A stretch of DNA of 32,000 nucleotides from Vibrio vulnificus CMCP6. Its GTDB lineage: Bacteria; Pseudomonadota; Gammaproteobacteria; Enterobacterales; Vibrionaceae. The stretch covers positions 390,001 to 422,000 of the forward strand of contig NC_004460.2 in NCBI RefSeq assembly GCF_000039765.1. Direction: 5' to 3'. The position numbers and the translations under genes are program-made. The notes beneath the pieces were generated by a model that saw nothing but the letters and a program-made list of their open reading frames with translations, had not been told where the DNA came from and made no database searches. Each line of letters starts with the position of its first letter. Position 1 is the stretch's first letter. This document shows, piece after piece, positions 13,760 to 24,000 of the stretch.

Positions 13760-16747
13760 ATGTCCAAATGGCATTTGCTCGCGTTGTCTATTTCACTGCC
13801 TTTTACCAGCAATGCGCTCGAGTATGATCTTTATAATGCAGAACACTTTAACCAACTTTGTAACCAAAGCACGTCACAGCAGGGGGATATTTTCCGTTGC
13901 AACGGCGAATTTTCACTACCAAATGGCGCGAAGCTGATTGCTTCGAAAGCGCCTAAGAATGGCGTGACACTCTCTGCGTTTAGCGGCGCAATTTTGCATG
14001 GTAACAACCAAGTCGGCTCGCCAGATAAGCGTATTTCAATCACGGCGTTATCTACCGGCATTTCCATTTTGCAACCGAGTCATGGTCCTCAACCTAAGGA
14101 GTACCATCGCAGCCAAATATTTGGTGATTTGAACTCACAGAATTTCATTCATATGACCAACGCAGAGGTGGATGGAAATGTTGCCACTCAAGGCTTGGAT
14201 GTGATGACACATGGTGATCATAACATCATCAATGGTGATGTTTTTGGCCATCACAAAGTGGTTCTGAACAACACCAATGTATGCGGCGATATTGCTTCTC
14301 TAGGGCACCAGATATTCATTACTTCGAACAAGGCGACGCATTACGTTGTAGGAAATATCACCTCCCTCAACAAGCTTGATCTCCGCAACATCGATGTCTA
14401 TGGCCAAATACACTCTCAAGGAAGCAGCGCACATTTAGATCTCTCCGGTAGTGCGGTTTACGCGCAAAAAACGGCGCTCAATTTGCTCCAAAGTGGTTTG
14501 GTGGAAAACGGCGTCGTTTGCGGCGAGATCACCGCCCATCAATCCAATATTCGTAATGTGGAAAACTACTGTGGTATAAGCGATCTCGGTTGTGATTATT
14601 CCAACCAAGGGGCTAACACAGCGTGCCCTGTGCCAGAAAGTATCCCATTGTGTGAGATCAAGCCCCCGGTTGATCACGATTACGAGTTTGTCATTAGCCC
14701 TGAAAACGACATGGCGTTGATGTGTGGAGAAAACCTTCCTCAGTTCAATATAACAACCTCCAATAATGGGGAATTAGCCAGCGTCAGCATGTTTGCTGAG
14801 GTCTCTGATCCCGCATTATTTGATGTCGTGATCGCCAATGGCATCGGTTCCGGCGCTTACCCGAACTTTGTCTCCTCCAGTCAGGGGCAGCTTCGCCTTG
14901 TCGTTCGACCTAAGAACATCAGCGCCATCAAGTTGGATAGGCATTACACCTTAAGCGTGTACCCAAATGGTGAGCCCAAAAAGCGCAAGACTGTGCGCTT
15001 CTTGTTCACGCCTTATATGTTTGAAACGTATGATCCTAATTCTGGCCAAGCCATCAACGAACTCGCTCTGGTTGCGGCAAAACCAGAGCCTTTAGGTGTT
15101 CGACTGTTGGCCTGTAATGACAAAGGGAACCCTGTTGTTGCGAGCAGCTATCACGGCAACCCGACCATCACTCACACCGTGACTACGCCGTCAAAACAAC
15201 AGGGTGGTCGTGATGGTGAACGCGTCTATCAACCTATATTTACCAGCGGCATAAGTGAAAATACGATTTCACTTTCTGAGTCTGGGCTATTTGCGTTAAA
15301 CATCTACGATACTTTTGACTGTGCTGGGTTCGACCAGTGCCCGCCATCAGGAAAGAACAAAGTATCTGGTCGTTTATCACTCAAAGTTCGCCCTTGGACC
15401 CTCGCTATTTGCGAAGGCGATCGAGCCCTTGAATCTGGCGATGCGCTAGGCGGTTCGCCTTTCCTTCCTGCAGGCGAACGTTTTTCTCTCAATCTCATGC
15501 CTATTCAATGGGTCGCCAATGGTAGCCTCACCCAGGCAGTTAACACTCAAGCGCTCTGCTCTACACCAGTAACGCACAACTTTTATCTGTCCAACGCCCC
15601 TGCTGCGCGGGTAAAACTCAGCAGTCAACAGGCAACGCCAGTCGAAACGGCGACAGCTCAAACTCGACTGCTGGAAAGCGACTCAGGAATGGAGAGAGCG
15701 CATGATGACGTTACCAATGGTGCGTATTGGTTTGATGGGTTGCGATGGCGTGAAGTTGGCAGCCTCAGAGTGCAATCCGACCTCGTTGATCCTTATCTTG
15801 GAATGAAGGTCAACCAAGGTTATCGCTACATTGGGCGTTTCTATCCCAAGTATTTTAAGGTACATAACCAACAGTGGGATTATCCAAATAGCCAAACCTT
15901 TGCTTACATGAATCAGCCATTTGATCAGGTGATCGTCGATATCGACGCGTTAAATAGCCTTAAAGAACCCATCGCCAACTACCATTATTTTTCAACCACG
16001 GCGCACTTTGAACTGGCAGAACTCGGCGATCACTTAGAGCGGTTTGTCACGCCTTCTCTTGCGCCTACTCAATGGCGCGAGGAGCAAGGCAGCAGTATCG
16101 GCCGCATTCGCATCGTGAAACAGGATCATTGCGCCAACAGCGCTTGTTGGCTTAAGGACGACATTGGCCAAAATTACCCTGATGGGCCTTTTAACACCTA
16201 CTCGGACTCTGCAGTAAGCAAAATTGGCCTCGTCTATCTTGAAAACGCGGACCCTGTGGCTTTTTACGACGACACGCATATTTTGCCCGTTCAACCCGAT
16301 GTGCGATTTGGACGGCTCAATTTTGAAGATGTGGGTGGATATCAGGGACAAACCATCGTCGTACCATTGGATGTGGAATATTGGCGAGCGGGTGAGTTTG
16401 TGAACAACAAACATGACCATTTCACTCTCGCTGATGGCGCAAAACACTACCATCAACCCATTTGGTCACACAGCCTTGAGAACAACGCCTATCTCGCTGG
16501 TATCGGCAAGATGCATTACGGAAGTACTGAAGGCATCAAAGCAACACAAAAAGTCCCTGCTCGCGAACAGATTCGCTTTTGGTTGGATTTAACTTCAACG
16601 CAAAACAATTTGCCTTGGCTGCAATACGATTGGGACAAAACAAGTGATGGAGAAGAAGATCCTTCAACCGTTGTCACTTTCGGGATTCATCGTGGTCACG
16701 ACAAAATCATCTTCCGTGGTGAGCCGAATCTGACGGGTGTTCTCTAG
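13760..16747 (+). CDS. Large (995 aa) secreted protein with an N-terminal beta-helix-like repeat region; possibly MshQ-like
   Basis: AGGAAA lies 8 nt upstream of the ATG. Signal peptide is MSKWHLLALSISLPFTSNA. The motif x-G-[DNQE]-I-x-S recurs every ~17-25 aa (CGDIASLG, VGNITSLN, YGQIHSQG, CGEITAHQ) between about nt 14120 and 14555. The MshQ resemblance is from memory only. Confidence 0.8.
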   Translation: MSKWHLLALSISLPFTSNALEYDLYNAEHFNQLCNQSTSQQGDIFRCNGEFSLPNGAKLIASKAPKNGVTLSAFSGAILHGNNQVGSPDKRISITALSTGISILQPSHGPQPKEYHRSQIFGDLNSQNFIHMTNAEVDGNVATQGLDVMTHGDHNIINGDVFGHHKVVLNNTNVCGDIASLGHQIFITSNKATHYVVGNITSLNKLDLRNIDVYGQIHSQGSSAHLDLSGSAVYAQKTALNLLQSGLVENGVVCGEITAHQSNIRNVENYCGISDLGCDYSNQGANTACPVPESIPLCEIKPPVDHDYEFVISPENDMALMCGENLPQFNITTSNNGELASVSMFAEVSDPALFDVVIANGIGSGAYPNFVSSSQGQLRLVVRPKNISAIKLDRHYTLSVYPNGEPKKRKTVRFLFTPYMFETYDPNSGQAINELALVAAKPEPLGVRLLACNDKGNPVVASSYHGNPTITHTVTTPSKQQGGRDGERVYQPIFTSGISENTISLSESGLFALNIYDTFDCAGFDQCPPSGKNKVSGRLSLKVRPWTLAICEGDRALESGDALGGSPFLPAGERFSLNLMPIQWVANGSLTQAVNTQALCSTPVTHNFYLSNAPAARVKLSSQQATPVETATAQTRLLESDSGMERAHDDVTNGAYWFDGLRWREVGSLRVQSDLVDPYLGMKVNQGYRYIGRFYPKYFKVHNQQWDYPNSQTFAYMNQPFDQVIVDIDALNSLKEPIANYHYFSTTAHFELAELGDHLERFVTPSLAPTQWREEQGSSIGRIRIVKQDHCANSACWLKDDIGQNYPDGPFNTYSDSAVSKIGLVYLENADPVAFYDDTHILPVQPDVRFGRLNFEDVGGYQGQTIVVPLDVEYWRAGEFVNNKHDHFTLADGAKHYHQPIWSHSLENNAYLAGIGKMHYGSTEGIKATQKVPAREQIRFWLDLTSTQNNLPWLQYDWDKTSDGEEDPSTVVTFGIHRGHDKIIFRGEPNLTGVL

Positions 16748-16754
16748 CCATAAT

Positions 16755-16784
16755 AAAAGCCAGTGATGAAAATCACTGGCTTTT
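16755..16784. terminator. Bidirectional rho-independent terminator between convergent genes
   Basis: AAAA-GCCAGTGAT-gaaa-ATCACTGGC-TTTT, read directly. Confidence 0.8.
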
Positions 16785-16803
16785 CACGCAATTCATTGAC
16801 TTT

Positions 16804-17790
16804 TTATTCGTGAATATTCGCCAATTTCAGCAGGATCGTTTCAAGTTCATCCCATGGCATTAGCTGTGAATCGATAACTTCGATTCTGGATTCGAATCCT
16901 TCCAAGCTCATTTGATTCACCGACACAACGCCATTGGCGACGTTAAAGGCGTAACAGCCTTGATCTGTGTTCACTACCGCTTTCACTCGCTCTGCAGTTA
17001 ATGCTGAGAACATTGAAAAAAGCGCCTCAAACTCAAAGCGATATTCAGCACCAATTAGCCAACCACAACTGTAATACCCTTGGCCTTTATTCTCTTTGCG
17101 CACAAACGCACGACCAGGTGGCAATTCAAACTGTGGCTCCATCTCCGCATGATGGTGGTGATGCGGTTCAATATGTGTTGAAGCACTGCCGTAAACACGT
17201 TCAATATCCAGAACTTCTATCGGCAACTGACCATCGTGAATCAACTTACTAAAGACTTTGGAAGGCGATTGGTCGGTCACCCAATCATTGAAAACGTCAA
17301 TGTCATGCGAAGTACAAAGGTCCACTTTACTGCCAATCACCACATCCGCACTGTCGAGTTGGTCGTTAAAGTTCTGGTTGTTCAGGTACTTTTCATCGCT
17401 GAGGTTGCGTGGGTCCACCAGCGCAATGGTCGCTTTGAGATCGACATACGGTTCATATTGCGCAGACGTCAATGTGGCAATCACTTGTTTCGGGTGACCA
17501 AGCCCTGTTGGTTCGATAAGCAGACGATCGGGCTTTTGACGCAGCAATGTGTTGATACCAACACTCATCGGCACGCCTGCAGTGCAGCACATACAGCCAC
17601 CCGGTACTTCTTTGATCAGCGCGCCGCTGTCGGTCATCATTGCACCGTCAATGCCAATCTCGCCAAACTCATTCACCAAAACCGCCCACTTTTCATTGGC
17701 TGGCTTTTCTTTCAGTAAATTGAGAATGGTGGTGGTTTTTCCTACACCGAGAAAACCCGTAATGATATTCGCCGGAACCTTGTTGTTCAT
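16804..17790 (-). CDS. yeiR: COG0523 (CobW/YeiR-type) metal-binding GTPase / putative zinc metallochaperone
   Basis: It has the P-loop GFLGVGKTT and the CxCC motif GGCMCC. EKWAVLVNEFGEIGIDG...LLIEPTGLGHPKQ closely matches E. coli YeiR as I recall it, and the length (328 aa) is the same. It also has a His-rich insert, HIEPHHHHHAEME. Confidence 0.75.
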   Translation of the reverse strand: MNNKVPANIITGFLGVGKTTTILNLLKEKPANEKWAVLVNEFGEIGIDGAMMTDSGALIKEVPGGCMCCTAGVPMSVGINTLLRQKPDRLLIEPTGLGHPKQVIATLTSAQYEPYVDLKATIALVDPRNLSDEKYLNNQNFNDQLDSADVVIGSKVDLCTSHDIDVFNDWVTDQSPSKVFSKLIHDGQLPIEVLDIERVYGSASTHIEPHHHHHAEMEPQFELPPGRAFVRKENKGQGYYSCGWLIGAEYRFEFEALFSMFSALTAERVKAVVNTDQGCYAFNVANGVVSVNQMSLEGFESRIEVIDSQLMPWDELETILLKLANIHE

Positions 17791-17941
17791 CGTTATCTCC
17801 GCTCTGCGATGGCTACTTGCTGTCTGTATTGTACTTTGCCATGACTAAAGCTCAACTGGCATTGCGATTTCTCTTCGTCTCTTTCTAAAATCATTTTACA
17901 ATCCGCGTCCCAACGATTAAGCAACACACCGGAGAGCCCAT

Positions 17942-18619
17942 TTGAAACTGAGCAAACGCATTCAAGCTATCGCTGAAATGGTGAATCAAGAGTATGACCA
18001 TATTTGGGATTGCTGTTGTGATCATGGCTACCTTGGTTTTGAACTGCTACGACGCTCTCCAAGCACTACCGTGCACTTCGTTGACATCGTCCCAACACTG
18101 ACCGACAAAATCTCTCACACTCTTGCGCAATTTGGCGATGTACAGGCCGCGAATTGGCAAGTGCACTGCATGGACGTGGGTGATCTACCCCACGCCAAGC
18201 ACACTGGTAAACATTTGATGATCATAGCAGGCGTTGGTGGGGATCTGGCTTTAGATCTGGTTAAGCGTATTCAGGATAACCATCCACACTCAGAGTTGGA
18301 GTTTCTGCTCTGCCCTGTCCATCACCTTTACACTTTGCGAGACGCATTGCACGGTATGAACTTCCGGCTTATCGCGGAGCGACTGGTCGAAGACAATCGA
18401 CGCTTCTACGAAATCTTACACATCAGTAATGCTCCAGCAGTTACCACGCCAATCAGTGTCACTGGTGAACAGTTATGGCATGAGGCCGATTCGCGCTTGG
18501 CTGTACGCTACCAACAGAAAACCATTGCTCATTACGAACGATTAAAGCGTGGCCATGGCGAAGAGGTTGAGCGCATCATTCAGGCATATCAACAAGTTAA
18601 ACTTGCCCAGTCCCATTAG
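17942..18619 (+). CDS. trmK: TrmK-like class I SAM-dependent tRNA (adenine-N1) methyltransferase
   Basis: TTG start with GGAGAG about 6 nt upstream. The N-terminus MKLSKRIQAIAEMV...DHIWDCCCDHGYLGFELL matches the TrmK-family pattern (MKLSKRL...D.G.DHAYL). This is a family-level call only. Confidence 0.55.
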   Translation: MKLSKRIQAIAEMVNQEYDHIWDCCCDHGYLGFELLRRSPSTTVHFVDIVPTLTDKISHTLAQFGDVQAANWQVHCMDVGDLPHAKHTGKHLMIIAGVGGDLALDLVKRIQDNHPHSELEFLLCPVHHLYTLRDALHGMNFRLIAERLVEDNRRFYEILHISNAPAVTTPISVTGEQLWHEADSRLAVRYQQKTIAHYERLKRGHGEEVERIIQAYQQVKLAQSH

Positions 18620-18651
18620 TCCCAAAGAGAGTGCGTCGCGATTTGTCGCGC

Positions 18652-20616
18652 TCACTTAATTTGCTCAGGGGTGATCGCGCGATCACGTCCCAAACTTTTC
18701 GCTTGGTAAAGGCACATATCCGCGGTAACAAAGGCGTCAGAGCTGTTTTTCAACTCATTGAGACCGCAAGGTTCACTGGCCCCTACTGAAATAGTGATGT
18801 TGTAACTTTTCCCTTTCAATTGATAAGCGGAAGTCCGAATCGACTCCACCAGCTTTTGCAAACGTAAAGGAAGATCATCGTCATTTTTGAGTACCAGAAG
18901 AAACTCTTCACCACCCCAGCGTACAAACAACTCATCGGATGCCAACTGTTGTTTGATGCGTTTGGCGGTTTCAACGAGGACAAAATCCCCAATCTCATGA
19001 CCATGCGTATCGTTGATGGATTTAAACCAGTCAAGATCAACAAGGACAATTCGATAGAGATGGGCACGATTGAGCAGATTTGGTGTTTCAATTTCCCTTT
19101 GGAAGAAACGTCTATTGTTGGCCCCTGTCAGCGGGTCCACATAGGACAGCGTTTGCAAATGAAGGTTGTGCTTGCGAATAATGGCCATTCTGCGCACTCC
19201 CAAAAGCAAGAGTAACCCGACAATCACAATCCAAATCATTAGAATGCGCTGACGCTGCTCATTCAAACTACGCTCTAATTCGCGCAGTTGATTTTGCGCT
19301 TCGTATAGATCGCGCTCTTTCGCGACTTCTTGTACTTCAAAGGAGGTTTGTAGAGCGTGAACTTCGCCAATAATTTGCTGTTTCTCTTGGGCGTAATACT
19401 TCTTATAAAGGCTTAACGCTTCTGCATGCAGCCCTTTAGCTTCGAGAATGTTGGCCCGTAATAAATGGGCACGAATGGTCCAACGAGCATGTTGTAAATG
19501 TTCAAATGTGGCAATGGCACTATCCACTGCACTTTGCGCCGCATCCAACTGTTTACCCGCGAGATAGCTTTCCGCCTGAATATAAGTGCAAATGCCATTT
19601 TGCAAAGGATAGGTATTGTTTGCATCGAGCTTGACACAGGCAACAGCGACATCAATCGCACGTTCAAACTCTTCATCAAGCAAATACAGCCGAGCCTCAC
19701 TTTTGAGTTTCAAAATCCGATAATACGTCGAGGTGTTCTCGCCAAAATAACGTAAGGCCCTATCGTACGCGGCTTTGGCTTGCTCCTTTTGTTTAAGCTG
19801 TTGGTAAACAAACGACTGATTAAGCAATATCACCAGTTGGCGATTGGGCTGAGTCACACCGATCGATTCATAGAATGTTTCGGCCCGTTGGAGAAAATCC
19901 AATGCCTTATCCCACTGTTCTAAATGAACATAAAGCAGCCCCAAGTTGTTAAGATAACGGCCAATAAACGCGTTGTTAGGAAACCTTTCACTTAATTCTA
20001 ACCCTTGGTAAAACGCCAATTGTGAGCGCTTTAGTTGATTGGTGGCATTGTACAAGATACCCAAGGTGTTAAACCCTTCCAGTAACAGGAAATCAGCACC
20101 GTTTTCATTTGCCATCGCCATACCGTGCTCGACGTGCTTTAACCCCTCATCAAACTGGCCTTGCTTCAACTCTCGTCCCGCTTTTTCGATAATTAACTGG
20201 GCACTCAACCAAGCCATTTTTCGTTGAGACGCAAACTGCTCTAACTGGCCAGTTAACTGGTCAACTCGCTCTTGAGATTGTTGTGTTTTGGCGATTTCAC
20301 GTTTAATCAGCAAGGTATAAATATGCTCTAGATCCGCTCTTGCACTGTGATGCTTAGTTTCCCACTTTGTCCCCTTCTCCCATTCAGCGAGTAACGCTTG
20401 CGCTTTATCGGGTTCTATCTGAACCAATGGCATGATGTTGAGTAACGGATGATGAGCAGAAAAGGTTTTGAGCTGCTCTTCGGGGGAGGCTAACATTTTT
20501 ACCGAGCGGGTTTGGGGATATGAAGCCGTATCTTGATCAACAAACACGTCCCAAGTCACGATAGACAAAGCGAGAAGAAGTAAAATTAATAGAGAAAAAG
20601 CGAGCTTTTTGTGCAT
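18652..20616 (-). CDS. Membrane-anchored periplasmic TPR-repeat sensor fused to a GGDEF diguanylate cyclase
   Basis: N-terminal anchor FSLLILLLLALSIVTW. About 400 aa of TPR-like repeats (LGILYNATNQLKRSQLAFYQGLEL, LGLLYVHLEQWDKALDFLQRA). Second TM ILMIWIVIVGLLLLLGV. GGDEF domain with RWGGEEF. There is no RxxD five residues upstream (LASD instead). Confidence 0.85.
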   Translation of the reverse strand: MHKKLAFSLLILLLLALSIVTWDVFVDQDTASYPQTRSVKMLASPEEQLKTFSAHHPLLNIMPLVQIEPDKAQALLAEWEKGTKWETKHHSARADLEHIYTLLIKREIAKTQQSQERVDQLTGQLEQFASQRKMAWLSAQLIIEKAGRELKQGQFDEGLKHVEHGMAMANENGADFLLLEGFNTLGILYNATNQLKRSQLAFYQGLELSERFPNNAFIGRYLNNLGLLYVHLEQWDKALDFLQRAETFYESIGVTQPNRQLVILLNQSFVYQQLKQKEQAKAAYDRALRYFGENTSTYYRILKLKSEARLYLLDEEFERAIDVAVACVKLDANNTYPLQNGICTYIQAESYLAGKQLDAAQSAVDSAIATFEHLQHARWTIRAHLLRANILEAKGLHAEALSLYKKYYAQEKQQIIGEVHALQTSFEVQEVAKERDLYEAQNQLRELERSLNEQRQRILMIWIVIVGLLLLLGVRRMAIIRKHNLHLQTLSYVDPLTGANNRRFFQREIETPNLLNRAHLYRIVLVDLDWFKSINDTHGHEIGDFVLVETAKRIKQQLASDELFVRWGGEEFLLVLKNDDDLPLRLQKLVESIRTSAYQLKGKSYNITISVGASEPCGLNELKNSSDAFVTADMCLYQAKSLGRDRAITPEQIK

Positions 20617-20833
20617 ATCAATGTCGACTCTCTTTGTCGGTTCACTACAACAGCCTCGATTTGTTTTTCATCAGATCGAATGGCGTAGATTCATTTGTCT
20701 AAAACTTCAAACACTTATCATATTCATTCAGGAAAACGATATCGTGGCTGCTGAAAATTACGGCGAAAGTAGCATACATTTAGTGATAAATCTCAAACTT
20801 TTGCCTAAATTGGTTACCCGATCAAAATAAACC

Positions 20834-20855
20834 AATGATTGACTTATCAATCATT
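20834..20855. promoter_or_regulatory. Perfect 9-bp inverted repeat AATGATTGA-ctta-TCAATCATT (candidate operator) in the cyclase / lipoprotein divergent region
   Basis: Read directly. It lies about 170 bp upstream of the lipoprotein ATG and about 220 bp upstream of the cyclase ATG. Confidence 0.3.
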
Positions 20856-21024
20856 TACTAAAAAAGCAAAGACTCAACCAAAATTATAACCAACTGTTTT
20901 AAAATATATTTTACTTAAAAAACTCAAAGTTACCTCTCATACTTTCTAAGCCATTTTGTGTTTGACGCCTTTTAAAAGCATTCCTACGGTTTATATGGCT
21001 AAACAGTAAAGCTAAGGGTGGCTT

Positions 21025-24000
21025 ATGAATAAAAACAAAATCGTTATGGCACTAGGACTCAGTGTCAGCGTTGGCCTATTGGGCTGTGGCGGGGGAAGTT
21101 CAAGCTCCTCTGGAGGAAGTTCTTCCAGCTCCTACTCTGTAACAGCAATCGATGGCTACTTACAAAATGCACAGGTTTGGTTGGACTTAAACAAGAACTT
21201 CATTTGGGATACCGGTGAACCAAAAGCGACCACTGGCGCCGGAGGTAAGGCGACCCTAGATGTTACAGGAGTAGATAACCCTGAAAGCTACCCGATCGTG
21301 GTAAAAGCAATCAAAGGGAAAACCGTAGACGAAGACACTGGTAACACGATCGCTACAGATTACGTCATGTCTGCCCCAGCTGGTGAACAAGATATTACCC
21401 CCCTCTCTACCATGGTTCATGTTTTACTCGAACGTGACGAAACCTTAACCAAAGATGAAGCAGTCCAAACCGTCGCCACTCAACTTGGCATCACGAGCGA
21501 TGACGTACTTGGTGACTATATTGAGGATAACGATGTAGAAGCCGCGTTCGGCGCGAAAACATTGGTTTCTTCTGGCGTATTACCGGAAACCCCAGAGGAG
21601 CTTGCATCAGAAGCCGATGAAGAGACCACTACCACGAGTACGTTTCTAACCGAAGCACAAACCGTCAATACCGAAACCAAAGAGCACATTGAAACCGAGA
21701 AATCAGCACTGGGCGAAGGTGAAGAGCTCAACCTCGATGACAAAGTGGGCACGTTTGACCCAGTAACGGGTACGGTCACATTCGAAGAGGATAGCGATGG
21801 TGACGGCGTTGCCAACAGTCAGGACTGGGCACCAGACAATAGCGAAGAATGGTTAGACAGTGATGGTGATGATATTGGTGATAACGCCGATACGGATGAT
21901 GACAACGACGGCACGCTCGATGTCGATGACGCTTTCCCGTTTGACGCAGAGGAAACAACAGATACAGATGACGATGGAATTGGCAACAATACCGATACCG
22001 ACGATGACAACGATGGCACCCTCGATACTGACGATGCGTTCCCGTTGAACCCTGAAGAAACCGTCGACACCGATAAAGATGGTGTTGGTAATAACGCCGA
22101 CACTGACGATGATAATGATGGCGCACTTGATGGTGACGACGCGTTCCCGCTCAATCCTGAGGAAACGACCGATACGGATAAAGATGGCATCGGCAATAAT
22201 GCGGACACCGACGATGACAACGACGGTATCTTAGACGTCGATGACAGCAACCCAACCGTGCCTGATCTCAATCCAATAGAACAAGTTATCCAGTTTATGC
22301 AAAACAACTCTATGTTCTACGCACTATGGGCGGATCATGAGTACAACGATGCTACTGGCACTGAAAGCGTTGAAATTTATGTTGAGAAATTCACCTTGGC
22401 AAACAACATAGGTACGGTAACCGAAGCATATCAAATGTTGCCTGATGGTCGTAAAGTCGCCGACGAGCCTGATGCCAACGATGAAGACGATATTGTATTG
22501 GGTCCAAATGGGTGGCAAACATTCAACGACACTTACGCTATCGCCATCAACAGTGATGCGGTTTCGGTGTATCCGGAAGAGGTTCCAAGCCTAACAAACA
22601 CTGCTTATGGTTACGTTAAAGACCTAAGTGGCCTCAACATGGCTGAGCACTCTGGTGAACTCGGTGATTATGTAGACGCAGACGCTGTGTTCCCAGAAGG
22701 AGCCGAAGGGGGCATCGTTAAACTGACTGCTGACGTTGACCAATACTTCCTCTGGTTCAAACCTTGGTTCTGGAGAGCATCCGGCAATACGAGTGACGAT
22801 GGGCATAACGCCACCAACCTAACGGAAATTCAAGTCGCACCAGCGGACATTTCTCAAACGGGTGACGATGTACATACCGCGAAAGGCATTTCAATTGGCA
22901 TGCACGTTGGTGTCCAGTTTGTCACTGATGGTACGACGCGTTTTATGACGCTTGATTGGTGGAACGAAAGTACCCAGCAACCCGGAACGGTCACCATTAA
23001 CGGCACTGGCACTTGGAGTCAAGTGGTTGTGAATGGTGAAACCATCATTCGCTATAGCGTGCCGGATAGTGTGGTCGAAGCATGGGGCGAAGTTTGGGAT
23101 AACGACTCACAACAACTCATTCTCTCTGTGTACGGTGGGATTGTTCATAGCGGCGACTATCTACTTGCCGGGCAAAGTGAAGAAGATGATGAGGGCTACC
23201 TACTGAACGAAACCGCGAAAGAAGCCTTGATTGGTGCGGTTAATCTACCCGGTTGGTGTCCGATCACCGAAGTCGCCTCTGGTGCAACCCTTGCGGATTT
23301 CCAAGCGCAAATCGCCGACTGTCAGTTACCCGTGATGGATCCTGAAGGTGCGGTACTTTATCGCGTCAATAGCAGTGGGGAAACGCGAGTCCAAGCGTAT
23401 GCCGCCAACAACGAAGCATTACGCTTCAAAAATGGTACGCCAAGCACGAAATATTGGATGGTAAACCAAGAAGGCACGCTTGAGTTTGGCGACGACGCTC
23501 AGAATATCTGGGATTACAAACGCGCTATCATGGATGTGGATGAAGACGGCATTCTCTCCATGGCAACGTTTGATCCAGAAACGGGTGAAATCTCACTTGG
23601 TCTCTATCAAGAAGTGGATCTCAGCCAACCATTCACCTATTGCGAAACCTCCAATAGTGACTGGGATGAGGTGAACGAAGTACCAACCACCTTCTTCTCC
23701 TTCAACACCTACGCTGATGCACTGAAAGGTTGTGTGGATGATACCGCCTATCGCGCGGCTAAATTCACCTCCACTTTCATTGGTGAACAATTGGTGATGA
23801 AAGATGAAGATGGCACAATCACGTTCTTAGCCAATAACACGGGTACATTTGTCAGCACAGATGAAAATATCCAGTTTACTTGGACAGAACATGACGCTGA
23901 AAATGGCATCATAGCCTTGAGCTACTCCTTCGTTGACGATAACCAAGTGGCACAAAACAATACCACCTACATGGGCTTTGCCTACAGCAATGGTATTCAG

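Noticed and set aside
17001-17848. Four + strand ORFs antisense to yeiR
   Set aside because: They are nested antisense frames without motifs or RBS. The minus frame matches YeiR along its whole length.
20609-20830. 73-aa ORF in the cyclase/lipoprotein intergenic region
   Set aside because: It overlaps the cyclase start codon, has no RBS and no recognisable features. The region is more likely promoter DNA.
20834-20855. Fur box interpretation of AATGATTGActtaTCAATCATT
   Set aside because: It contains AATGAT and ATCATT hexamers, but they are separated by 10 nt rather than the 1 nt of the 19-bp Fur consensus. The geometry does not fit.
20617-21024. c-di-GMP (GEMM-type) riboswitch upstream of the lipoprotein or the beta-helix protein (also 13447..13759)
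   Set aside because: I looked for the conserved GGCAAA...ACGCAAAGC-type core and paired stems and found nothing resembling it. A covariance-model scan would be the definitive test.
21516-22307. Three long minus-strand ORFs (99, 116 and 162 aa; Ser-, His/Arg- and Ser-rich) across the TSP3 repeat region
   Set aside because: They are the antisense reading of GAY/GAC-rich Asp codons. They are periodic only because the sense repeats are periodic.
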